Assembly: GCA_008501735.1 (NCBI GenBank)
Contig: QQUF01000040.1
Span: 70,431-134,430, forward strand
From: Calditrichota bacterium
GTDB lineage: Bacteria; CLD3
Reading direction: 5' to 3'
Length of the DNA stretch: 64,000 nucleotides
Of the stretch, positions 53,255 to 62,051 are shown one piece after another; position 1 is the first letter of the stretch, and each line of letters begins with the position of its first letter. The notes below the pieces were generated by a model. It searched no databases. It worked only from the letters and a program-made list of their open reading frames with translations, and was not told where the DNA came from. Both the position numbers and the translations under genes were made by a program.

Positions 53255-53752
53255 TTATTTCTTGAATCTCAACTCGTAAATCAAGATTCCAACCACAACA
53301 AAGTAAGAAGTGTACATCAAAATTCCTGAAATCATTGTTACGTAAACAAAACTTGGATGTAGAAATCTCATTCCCCAAATTGAGCCGAAAGTTAAGACAA
53401 CTGAAATCATTGGTTCAAAAAGTAAAAATCCTTTCCAAAATCCACTAACAACTGTGTTAAAGTAAAAAATCATTCCAATCGCTAAGAAAATCAAAGACAT
53501 TGATATTATGTGGTTGTGAGTTGTAATTAAAAGTTCAGAGATTGGTTTTGGATAGTGCTCAGGAATTTCAAACTCGTCTTCTGATTCACTGGCTTGAGAA
53601 CCGTTGTAGCGAGTTACTGTTCCACTTGAGCTCATTCCTGTTGTTGTGTAAAGAAAAACCAAACCTGTTCCAACTCCTGTTGTCATCACAAGAACAAAAA
53701 TTAGGAGAAAATTTTTAAGTTGTCGGTCAAGCTTGTAAAGTTCAATTTTCAT
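53255..53752 (-). CDS. 4-TM integral membrane protein with conserved His residues (possible heme/cofactor-binding)
   Basis: Hydropathy shows 4 helices. His residues occur in TM2 (ITTHNHIISM) and after TM3 (MRFLHPSF). The start lies 2 nt after the FMN_bind gene's stop. Confidence 0.45.
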   Translation of the reverse strand: MKIELYKLDRQLKNFLLIFVLVMTTGVGTGLVFLYTTTGMSSSGTVTRYNGSQASESEDEFEIPEHYPKPISELLITTHNHIISMSLIFLAIGMIFYFNTVVSGFWKGFLLFEPMISVVLTFGSIWGMRFLHPSFVYVTMISGILMYTSYFVVVGILIYELRFKK

Positions 53753-53753
53753 T

Positions 53754-54293
53754 TTATGGTTTTTCCTTAATGGCTTTTGCCAAAATACACAATTTTTGGA
53801 TCCCTTTTGAAACTGAATTTACAGAAATTGTTGCTCCACTAATTCCATCAACGTCTTTTCCAACTGTGAAGGAAGATTCAGCATTTCTGCCAATGAATTG
53901 TTCATTCCAATTTCTATTCCCGACTTGACCGCCGTAAGCTTCACGGTATTTTATAATTTCAGAAGAAAGAATTTTAGCTTCTTTGTCAAAGATTATAAGA
54001 AAAGTTATTGGCATTGCCTTACCAAGAACGTTGTCAAGAATTGCAAAACCTAAACTTGAATCGTTTTTTGTTATTTTCCAAAGATAAACCTCATCACGGA
54101 AAAATTTTTGCTTAGCCTCTTTTTCAATGGAGTTTTTCAATTCATTCTGAAGTTTGAATTTTTCAAAAGTAAGAGTTGATTCTTCACCGAAAATATTTTT
54201 AATCGAAGTTTCTGCATCATTCTTAATTGAGGAAAAAACATTCCCTGTCAAAGTGAAAAGCAAAAGTAAAATGTAAAAATTAGAAAATTTCAT
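53754..54293 (-). CDS. periplasmic FMN-binding (FMN_bind) domain protein with ApbE-type flavinylation motif
   Basis: A signal peptide is present. The DVDGISGATIS motif matches the D-x-x-(S/T)-G-A-T threonine flavinylation site. Confidence 0.65.
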   Translation of the reverse strand: MKFSNFYILLLLFTLTGNVFSSIKNDAETSIKNIFGEESTLTFEKFKLQNELKNSIEKEAKQKFFRDEVYLWKITKNDSSLGFAILDNVLGKAMPITFLIIFDKEAKILSSEIIKYREAYGGQVGNRNWNEQFIGRNAESSFTVGKDVDGISGATISVNSVSKGIQKLCILAKAIKEKP

Positions 54294-54386
54294 TAACGTA
54301 AAATTTAAGTTTGTTGAAAAGAAAAGCCTAACAACTAAAATTGTTAGGCTTATTCTTAATTTTTAAAGGAGGCAAATTTATAAAAT

Positions 54387-55472
54387 TTAGAACATATAAC
54401 CAGCACCAAAATTAAACATTTTGGTTTTAGCATCCGAAAGCTCGTTTTTTGAAACTCCGTAATCAACTTTGAAAACTACTTGGTCAATTGGTTTGACTGA
54501 AAGCCCAACCATCCAAGTTGTAAGATGATTTGCTTTTTCAGAATCTCCACCAGCTTCTGTTTTTGCTGCTGTGTTGTAGTCTTCCCAACGGAAAAATGGA
54601 ATTATTTTTGTGTCGCAATTCATAAAACTTCCGACATTGTAACCTAAATCTAAGTAGTAACCAAAAGACGATTCAACACCACCGATTAAATCAGGTTCTC
54701 CATAAGTAATGTTTCCAAGTTCAAAAACACCAACGAAGTTATTAGCATCGTATTTTGCGTGAAACTCAAAAAGTGAAACAGAGTTGTTGCTACTCGAATC
54801 AACGTGAGTTGCATTATTATAAGAAAAAGAAGTTCCAACAAGCAAACCGTTTACGCCAGTGTAGTTTAATCTAAAATTGTAAAGTAAATCTTCTGCGTTT
54901 GATTCAAATCCTTTTTGCCTTCCGCTACGGATTCCAGAAGAAGAAAATCCAGTTGCATCTAAACCTTCCATAACTGTGAACTTGTAATCGAACCCTTTGA
55001 CATTTCCATAAATTGCGGCTCCGTTTCCGAACCAAGTTGTTGGAATAATATTTTTGCTGTAAGAAGGTCTTTCAACACTTAAAAATAATGGTGGCTCGTG
55101 CCATTCGTTAATTAAACCGACTGAAGGCAAAACAACTCCAACTTGAAATCCAAATTCATCAGAATGATGGTAATCAATGTAAGCTTGTTCGAGTTCAAGT
55201 TCTCCTTGACCTTCTTTAACAAAGTTGTGTTCGAGTTCTACTTCAGATTTGAAAGACCATTTTGGCGTCCAAGCGTGAGAATAAAAAAGAACGAATCTGT
55301 GAAAGTCTAATATCTTTTCAGCATCAGAACCGTCAGCTTTTGAGTGATTGTAGTGAAGTTCACCATAACCACCAATTGTTGATTTTGGTGTGAAAAATTC
55401 ATCATCTTCTGCGAATAAAATCGCAGGAATTGTTAAGGTTGCAAGTGCAGTAATTTTTAAAAAGTTATTCAT
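54387..55472 (-). CDS. outer-membrane porin-like beta-barrel protein
   Basis: A signal peptide, an alternating beta-strand pattern and a C-terminal aromatic (..GAGYMF). Confidence 0.55.
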   Translation of the reverse strand: MNNFLKITALATLTIPAILFAEDDEFFTPKSTIGGYGELHYNHSKADGSDAEKILDFHRFVLFYSHAWTPKWSFKSEVELEHNFVKEGQGELELEQAYIDYHHSDEFGFQVGVVLPSVGLINEWHEPPLFLSVERPSYSKNIIPTTWFGNGAAIYGNVKGFDYKFTVMEGLDATGFSSSGIRSGRQKGFESNAEDLLYNFRLNYTGVNGLLVGTSFSYNNATHVDSSSNNSVSLFEFHAKYDANNFVGVFELGNITYGEPDLIGGVESSFGYYLDLGYNVGSFMNCDTKIIPFFRWEDYNTAAKTEAGGDSEKANHLTTWMVGLSVKPIDQVVFKVDYGVSKNELSDAKTKMFNFGAGYMF

Positions 55473-55492
55473 TTTAGAGAATACTCCGATTT

Positions 55493-55819
55493 TTAATTTT
55501 GTGAAAATTGTGAAAGTTTTACTATTTGTTTAATTTTTAAAGAAAGTTCAGCTCTGTTTAGTAGTGATTTTAGTTCATCAATTTCTTCTTTGTGGAATGC
55601 AAGAGTAACTCCAGAAAGAGAAACTAAAATCTTCCTGTTTTTATTTTTGTTAAGCTCCGACTTCTCGAATTTCTCAACATTCATTTCTTGAATGAAGGAT
55701 TTAAATTTTGTAAAAGCTTCGGGCTTAAATTTTAGAAAAAAGTTCCCAAATTCAAGGTTCACAGTTTGGCATTTTGGGTTGATTGAAACACAACCATTCG
55801 TGGAATTTTTTATTGTCAT
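55493..55819 (-). CDS. hypothetical small protein
   Basis: ORF only. Confidence 0.35.
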   Translation of the reverse strand: MTIKNSTNGCVSINPKCQTVNLEFGNFFLKFKPEAFTKFKSFIQEMNVEKFEKSELNKNKNRKILVSLSGVTLAFHKEEIDELKSLLNRAELSLKIKQIVKLSQFSQN

Positions 55820-55975
55820 TTTTTATTTAATTCTTATTGAGACTAAATTTCAATAGAAAGTTAATTGAATTCTTAAAAATGTCAAAACAATTTTTCAAAA
55901 GTTTTGAATTAAATTTTTTCTTAATCGTATTATCTTTTACAAAATTTAACGTGAAAACATTTTAGAGAGGATTTA

Positions 55976-56821
55976 ATGAAAATCTTAATTAGTTTATTTT
56001 TAGCAATCAATTTTATGTTCTTTCAAAGTTGCGAAACTTCAAACGCTCAAAGCAAGACGGAAGAAGATGCAATGAAAGCTTATAATCAGAAGAATTTTTC
56101 TGAGGCTGTAAAAATTATGAAAGACATTCTCAAAGTTCGGGAAACTGATTTTCGTTCTTTGACATTGGTTGGGCAGCTTTCCATTAGTGAAAATGACAAA
56201 GAAGGTTACGAGTTGACAATTAAACAATTGAAGAAAAATCCTGATGCTCCTGATTATGAAAAGGCATTTTTAGCTTATTTACAAGGTCAAGCAGCACTTT
56301 CTTTTGATAAAGATTACGACAAAGCAAAAGAGTTTGTAAAAGAAGCGTGGTTCTTGAGTCCGCAACTTCAAATGGTCAGCAAACTTAGAGACGAAATAAT
56401 TTCCTCTCAAAAACTTGGCAGACCAGCTCCAGACTTTGTTTTGGAAAAAGTCGGTACAAATGGCACTGAAAAAGTTTCACTAAAATCACTTCGAGGAAAA
56501 ACTGTAATTATTGATTTTTGGGCAACTTGGTGTGGTCCTTGTAGGCAAACAATGCCGAAAACAGAATCTCTTTATAAGAAAAGTCTTGAAAGTGATAAAG
56601 TCGTTGTCTTGACTGTTAATTTGAGAGAAGATGAAGCCAAAATTGCAGATTTTATGGGTAAAAATAAATACCAAATGACAGTTCTTTTGGATAAAGACGG
56701 AGCAATTGGTCAGGCTTACGAAGCAGTTTCAATTCCAAAATTAGTTGTAATTGACCCAGAAGGAAATTTGCAATTTGAAGGACACCCAAATCAGTTTAAT
56801 GAAAACTCTTTAACATTTTAA
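55976..56821 (+). CDS. TlpA/ResA-like thiol-disulfide oxidoreductase lipoprotein with N-terminal TPR-like region
   Basis: A lipobox (FFQSCETS) and the thioredoxin motif WATWCGPC are present. Confidence 0.75.
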   Translation: MKILISLFLAINFMFFQSCETSNAQSKTEEDAMKAYNQKNFSEAVKIMKDILKVRETDFRSLTLVGQLSISENDKEGYELTIKQLKKNPDAPDYEKAFLAYLQGQAALSFDKDYDKAKEFVKEAWFLSPQLQMVSKLRDEIISSQKLGRPAPDFVLEKVGTNGTEKVSLKSLRGKTVIIDFWATWCGPCRQTMPKTESLYKKSLESDKVVVLTVNLREDEAKIADFMGKNKYQMTVLLDKDGAIGQAYEAVSIPKLVVIDPEGNLQFEGHPNQFNENSLTF

Positions 56822-56836
56822 AAAAAAATAAGATTT

Positions 56837-58675
56837 ATGAGAGATTTTATAAGAAAGAAGCTGATAATTTTAAAATCTTCGTCTGTTTTAATTCTTTTAT
56901 TTCTTGCGACTTTAAACTTATTTGCTAATTCTTATATTGGAACTGCAACTTGTCCAATAAAAGCAGATTTGGAAGAACAGAAAAAAGCTAATGATATTGC
57001 ACTTTCCGAGATGCTTTCACAAATTGCTGTTAGTGTTCAAAGTGACTTTACAAATTCAATTGAAGAAAATGTTTCTGCCAATGAAACGGAATTCAAAAGA
57101 CGTTGTGAGTCAATTCTCAAAACTTATTCTTCCGCTTCTTTGACAAACGCCAAGCTTAACAAAAGGCGAACCGACAAAGAAATTATTTTTCAGTGGTCAA
57201 TTCCAAAAAGTGAAGTTCAAAAAATCTTTTCTTCGAGGCTTCACCAAGCAGAAGGTTTATTCTTTTCTGCGGAAGAAGCTGAAAGTAAAAATCAACTTGA
57301 ACAAGCTCTAAGGTGGTTTTACCAAGCTGATTTACTTTTCAAAAGCGTTCCTGCAACTTTCCAACAGAATCAAAATGGAGTCAACGAACTTTCTTGCATC
57401 AAAAAAATTACAAAAATTTTGAACGGATTGGATTTCAAATTAAAAGATGATTGGCTTGAGGCAGATTCAAGAAAAATTTCATTTGAAACATTGTTCCAAA
57501 ATAAACCTGTTTCGAGTCTAAAAGTTCATTACGACAATGGATTTGATTGGATTCCAACAGAGGTTAATCACTCTGAACTTTTGATTTGGCTTGACGGTTC
57601 TGCAAAGAGTAAAAATGAAGTTGTTTTGGAAATTGAGTACAAATTTTCGTCTCACAAAGACCAAAACAGTACAGTCTCGGAAATTTGGGATTTGGTTGCA
57701 AAACCTAAATTTGATTCAAGAAAAGGTTTATCGTTTGCAAAAGAATCACAACCAAAATTAGAGCCAAAGATTGAACCACAAAAACCCAGAGATTTTGGTG
57801 TAAGAATCGCATTTGAAGAAAATTCTCCAAAAGGTTTCAAAGAAAATTCGCCTAAAAATTGTGCGTCTTTGGTGAAGCAATTTAAAGACGAGAAAATTAA
57901 CGATGAAAGCATTTTTGCCGATAAATTTGCAATCGCGAAAGCAAAAGATATTTTGCGTCTGACAAAGCCGAAACCACAGTCTGAAAATTTTAATCTCAAA
58001 TCTTACAAAAATAACGAAGGTTGGGAAGTTCGTGAAATTCCAGTGAGCCTTTCAAAGAAAGGCTTAAAGGGAATTGTTGACAATTTGGTTGTGGATTTTG
58101 ATGAAAACGGGAAAATTACCGACGTGAACTTTAGTATTGGAGAAGCAGATTTTCAGCGATTTTATGAAATTGGGCAAGAAGTTGAAGATTGGGAAAAGAG
58201 GCAAAAGATTGTAAAGTTTTTGGAGACTTTCAAAACAGCTTACAACTCAAGGCAAATCGAAGCAGTTGAGCAAATGTATTCTGACAACGCAGAAATTATT
58301 GTTGGAAAAGTCATCAAAAGCCAGCCTTTAAGTGTGGAAATAAAATCGCACTTACCACAAGAACGAATTGAATATTTGCATTTTACAAAACAAGATTACA
58401 TCCGAAGGCTTGGCAATATTTTTTCAGAAAACGTGAATTCATTTCTTTACTACCAATACGACCAACTCGAAGTGATTAAAGGAGCAAGAGGAAGTGAGAT
58501 TTACGGAGTTCACGTTAGGCAAAACTACATTTCTCAAAATTATGCCGATGAAGGTTATCTTTGCCTTGTGATAAATTTTGGTGAAGAACCTCCGTTGATT
58601 CACGTAAGAGCTTGGCTTCCACAAGAGTGGAGTGAAGAGCAATTAATTAAAGTAACGGATTTTGAAATTAAGTAA
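56837..58675 (+). CDS. secreted hypothetical protein (612 aa), LPP20-like N-terminal region and NTF2-like C-terminus
   Basis: A signal peptide is present. No catalytic motifs were recognised. Confidence 0.4.
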   Translation: MRDFIRKKLIILKSSSVLILLFLATLNLFANSYIGTATCPIKADLEEQKKANDIALSEMLSQIAVSVQSDFTNSIEENVSANETEFKRRCESILKTYSSASLTNAKLNKRRTDKEIIFQWSIPKSEVQKIFSSRLHQAEGLFFSAEEAESKNQLEQALRWFYQADLLFKSVPATFQQNQNGVNELSCIKKITKILNGLDFKLKDDWLEADSRKISFETLFQNKPVSSLKVHYDNGFDWIPTEVNHSELLIWLDGSAKSKNEVVLEIEYKFSSHKDQNSTVSEIWDLVAKPKFDSRKGLSFAKESQPKLEPKIEPQKPRDFGVRIAFEENSPKGFKENSPKNCASLVKQFKDEKINDESIFADKFAIAKAKDILRLTKPKPQSENFNLKSYKNNEGWEVREIPVSLSKKGLKGIVDNLVVDFDENGKITDVNFSIGEADFQRFYEIGQEVEDWEKRQKIVKFLETFKTAYNSRQIEAVEQMYSDNAEIIVGKVIKSQPLSVEIKSHLPQERIEYLHFTKQDYIRRLGNIFSENVNSFLYYQYDQLEVIKGARGSEIYGVHVRQNYISQNYADEGYLCLVINFGEEPPLIHVRAWLPQEWSEEQLIKVTDFEIK

Positions 58676-58747
58676 ATTTTTTTTAAAAAATACTTTTGTT
58701 AAAAACTTTGGAATAGTTTACTTTTTAGAAAACCAAAAGGTAAACTA

Positions 58748-59047
58748 ATGAAAAACCTAAAAGAAATCCGAAGAGTTCTCCAAAATGAAAAACCGTTTTT
58801 AATCCAAAAGTATGGCATAAAAGATATAAAAATCTTTGGTTCATTTGTGAGAGGTGAACAAAATTCCAAAAGCGATTTAGACATTTTGATTGATTTGGAG
58901 AAACCAGTCAAAATGGATTTAATAGGTTTAATTGAATTAGAAAATTACCTTTCAGATTTAATAAATATTAAGGTTGAAATTTCCATTAAAGAAAATTTAA
59001 AGCAGCGAATCGGGAAACACATTCTTAGAGAAGCAATTGAAGTATGA
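58748..59047 (+). CDS. mntA: MntA-type minimal nucleotidyltransferase (antitoxin of HepT/MntA type VII TA)
   Basis: The NTase motif GSFVRGEQNSKSDLDILI (G[S/G]x9-13DxD) is present. Confidence 0.75.
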   Translation: MKNLKEIRRVLQNEKPFLIQKYGIKDIKIFGSFVRGEQNSKSDLDILIDLEKPVKMDLIGLIELENYLSDLINIKVEISIKENLKQRIGKHILREAIEV

Positions 59048-59385
59048 AAAAGGAGTTTTTAGATTACTTAATAGATATTTTGGACGTTTCAGAAAAAGCA
59101 CAAGAGTTCGTAAAGGGAATGACTTTTGAAGAATTTAAAATTGATTTTAGAACCAATTTTGCAGTTGCGAGGTCTTTGGAAATTATTGGAGAAGCTGTAA
59201 AAAGAATTCCTGACGATGTTAAAATAAATTATCCACAAATTCCTTGGAGAGCAATTGCTGGAATGAGAGACAAAATAATCCACGGTTACGATAACATTAA
59301 TTTGCTCTTGGTTTGGGAAACAGTAACTGTAAAACTTCCTAAAATTCATAAAGAGTTTGAACAGATTTTACAAGATTATTCGTAA
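59044..59385 (+). CDS. hepT: HepT-type (DUF86) HEPN toxin
   Basis: The Rx4HxY HEPN motif RDKIIHGY is present. The start overlaps the mntA stop by 4 nt. Confidence 0.75.
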   Translation: MKKEFLDYLIDILDVSEKAQEFVKGMTFEEFKIDFRTNFAVARSLEIIGEAVKRIPDDVKINYPQIPWRAIAGMRDKIIHGYDNINLLLVWETVTVKLPKIHKEFEQILQDYS

Positions 59386-59550
59386 ATATTTTCGGAGAAA
59401 TTAATGGAAAATTTAAACTTAAAAATAGTTCATAACTTCCCAAAAAATTGTAAAAATATAATTTTTTTAAAAGGCAGTTTTCTAAAAGATAAAGCAGATT
59501 TCAAAATCATATTTTTTAGGTAATTATTGCAAAAAATAGGAAAATTCAAA

Positions 59551-62022
59551 ATGAGAACACTGTTACTAATATTTATAATTTTATCCTTTTCTTCTTGTTA
59601 TGAAGAACCTGACGGACTAAATCCTTTTGAAGAAAATTACATTCCACCTGCTCCAACTAACTTAAAACTCACACAAATTTCCGATTCAGAAGTTAGACTT
59701 TCTTGGAATTTTGTATACGAAGGAGAATACCAAGGAGAATTTCAAAAAGCACTTCAAGGTTTTAAAATTGAGAAAAAAACTAACAGTGGAAGTTTTGTTG
59801 AAATTGCAAGTGTGGATTCTGATTCAACAAGTTTTATTGATACTGGACTTTCAATTTTAGATACTTGTTTTTATCGAGTTAAGGCTTTTACAGAGACAAA
59901 TGTTTCTGATTTTTCTACTGAAAAAAGCATTAAAACAAATTTTCTCGCTCCAACTGATTTAGTAATCACTCTAGTTTCGGATTCAAAGGTAAGTCTTAAT
60001 TGGAAAGATAACACAACTTTTGAAGATGGATTTAAAGTTGAAAGAAAAGAAGGAAGTGGAGATTTTACAGAAATAGTAGTTTTACCCTCTGATTCAACGA
60101 GTTTTACTGATTCTGAACTTTCGACTTTACAAACTTATTTTTATCGAGTCAGAGCTTTTACTGAGGTGAATATTTCTGAATTTTCAAATGAGGGAAATAC
60201 TCAAACAAATTTTCCTGCTCCTTCAAACTTAGGAATTACTCAAATTACAGATTCAGAAGTTCTATTGACTTGGCAAGACAATACAATTTTTGGGGAAGGA
60301 TTTATTGTCGAAAGAAAAGAGGATAGTGGAAGTTTTACTGAAATTGCAACTGTTGGAAAAGATTCAACAGATTTTATTGATACAGGACTTTTGATTACTA
60401 AAGTTTACTCTTACAGAGTCAAAGCTGTAAGCCTTGTTAATTCTTCAAATTTTAGTCAAGAGCAAAGCATTCAAACTGATTTTCCTGCACCTACAAATTT
60501 GCAAATTACAGATTTAAGCGATTCTGAGGTTCAGCTTACTTGGTCTGATAATTCAACATTTGAAGATGGATTTAAAATTGAAAGAAAATATGTTAATAAC
60601 GAATTTTTGGAAATTGCAATAATAGACAAAAATATAAATGAATATATTGATAACGAAGTATTAATCGAAACCACATATTTTTATCGAGTCAGAGCCTTTA
60701 CACAAACTAATAATTCTATTTTTACGAACGAGGAGCCTATACAAACCCATTTTCCAGCTCCAACAAATTTGCAAATAACCAGCGTTTCTCATTCAGAAGT
60801 TTTGCTTAACTGGGAAGACAATTCGACTTTTGAAGAAGGGTTTAAAATTGAGAGGCAAGCTAATGGAGGTGGTTTTATGGAAGTAGGAATTGTAAGTAGT
60901 AATTTAACACAATTTTCTGATTTTGATTTGGATGTAACTAAGTCCTATTCCTATAAAATTAGAGCATTTACAAATCTAAACCTTTCTACTGGTGAAGCCA
61001 AAACAATACATTATAACTCATTTTATTCTAAAAAATGGGCAGGTAGTCACACTGGTGATGTTGTTGCTGTTGAATTCAGTCCTAATCAAAATAAAGTTTT
61101 GAGTGCAAGTTCTGATAATACGCTTAGATTATGGAATGTTGAAACAGGTTTATCTTTTTGGTCAAGAACTCATATAGATGATGTTAGTTCAATTGCTTTT
61201 AATTATGACGGTAGTGTCATTGCCAGTGGAGGAAATGATAAATTCTTAAAAGTTTGGAATGAAAGTGGTACAGAAATGTGGAGTAAATTACACTCATCTC
61301 ACGTAAAACAAGTAGCATTTAGTCCTGATGGAAGCAAAATTGCAAGCGGTACATCCAGTGGTGAATTGAAAGTATGGAATGTCGTTGATGGTGCATTAAT
61401 TTGGAGTGAAAATCAAACGGAAGAAATAATTTCTCTTGAGTTCAGTCCTACTGAAGATAAATTAGCTAGTGCAAGCTTAGATGATACTTTGAAATTATGG
61501 AATGTGACAACTGGTTTACTACATTGGGAAGAACCTCATTCAAATGATGTTGGTTCTATTAGTTTTAGTCCTGACGGAGAAAAGATAGTTAGTGTCGGTA
61601 AAGATTTCGCATTGAAAATGTGGAATGTCAGTAATGATTCACTCCTATGGATACAAAATAACTCTAGTCTTAACACGCAAGTTTGTTTCAGTCCTGATGG
61701 AAGTAAAATTCTAATTGGAACAGTAGGAAATCGAATTGAAATGAGAGATTCAAATAATGGCTCTTTTCTTTGGTTTGGAAATCACATAGGCGATATAACT
61801 TCAATAACATTTAATGAATTAGGGACTTTGGCTTTTAGTACAAGTTTAGATAATACAATTAAAGTCTGGAACTCTTCTTCTGGTGAATTACTTTGGACTG
61901 GGAATCACAATAATATTGTTTATTCTTGTTCATCAAATAATGAAGGTAATAGAATTGTTAGTGGAGGTAAGGATAACGTATTAAACTTATGGGAGTTAGG
62001 TGGAGAATGGGTGATAGAATAA
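59551..62022 (+). CDS. lipoprotein with ~6 tandem fibronectin type III domains followed by a WD40 beta-propeller
   Basis: A lipobox (SFSSCYEE) is present. Each Fn3 unit of ~80 aa begins PAPTNLxIT..DSEVxLxW. The WD40 repeats carry LWNV/VWN tails. Confidence 0.7.
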   Translation: MRTLLLIFIILSFSSCYEEPDGLNPFEENYIPPAPTNLKLTQISDSEVRLSWNFVYEGEYQGEFQKALQGFKIEKKTNSGSFVEIASVDSDSTSFIDTGLSILDTCFYRVKAFTETNVSDFSTEKSIKTNFLAPTDLVITLVSDSKVSLNWKDNTTFEDGFKVERKEGSGDFTEIVVLPSDSTSFTDSELSTLQTYFYRVRAFTEVNISEFSNEGNTQTNFPAPSNLGITQITDSEVLLTWQDNTIFGEGFIVERKEDSGSFTEIATVGKDSTDFIDTGLLITKVYSYRVKAVSLVNSSNFSQEQSIQTDFPAPTNLQITDLSDSEVQLTWSDNSTFEDGFKIERKYVNNEFLEIAIIDKNINEYIDNEVLIETTYFYRVRAFTQTNNSIFTNEEPIQTHFPAPTNLQITSVSHSEVLLNWEDNSTFEEGFKIERQANGGGFMEVGIVSSNLTQFSDFDLDVTKSYSYKIRAFTNLNLSTGEAKTIHYNSFYSKKWAGSHTGDVVAVEFSPNQNKVLSASSDNTLRLWNVETGLSFWSRTHIDDVSSIAFNYDGSVIASGGNDKFLKVWNESGTEMWSKLHSSHVKQVAFSPDGSKIASGTSSGELKVWNVVDGALIWSENQTEEIISLEFSPTEDKLASASLDDTLKLWNVTTGLLHWEEPHSNDVGSISFSPDGEKIVSVGKDFALKMWNVSNDSLLWIQNNSSLNTQVCFSPDGSKILIGTVGNRIEMRDSNNGSFLWFGNHIGDITSITFNELGTLAFSTSLDNTIKVWNSSSGELLWTGNHNNIVYSCSSNNEGNRIVSGGKDNVLNLWELGGEWVIE
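59640..61000 (+). repeat. tandem ~240-nt coding repeats (Fn3 units)
   Basis: A recurring DNA/protein periodicity is seen directly (e.g. the FYRVRAFT recurrence). Confidence 0.7.
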
Positions 62023-62051
62023 AAAATATTTTAATTGAAAAGTTTAAGATT

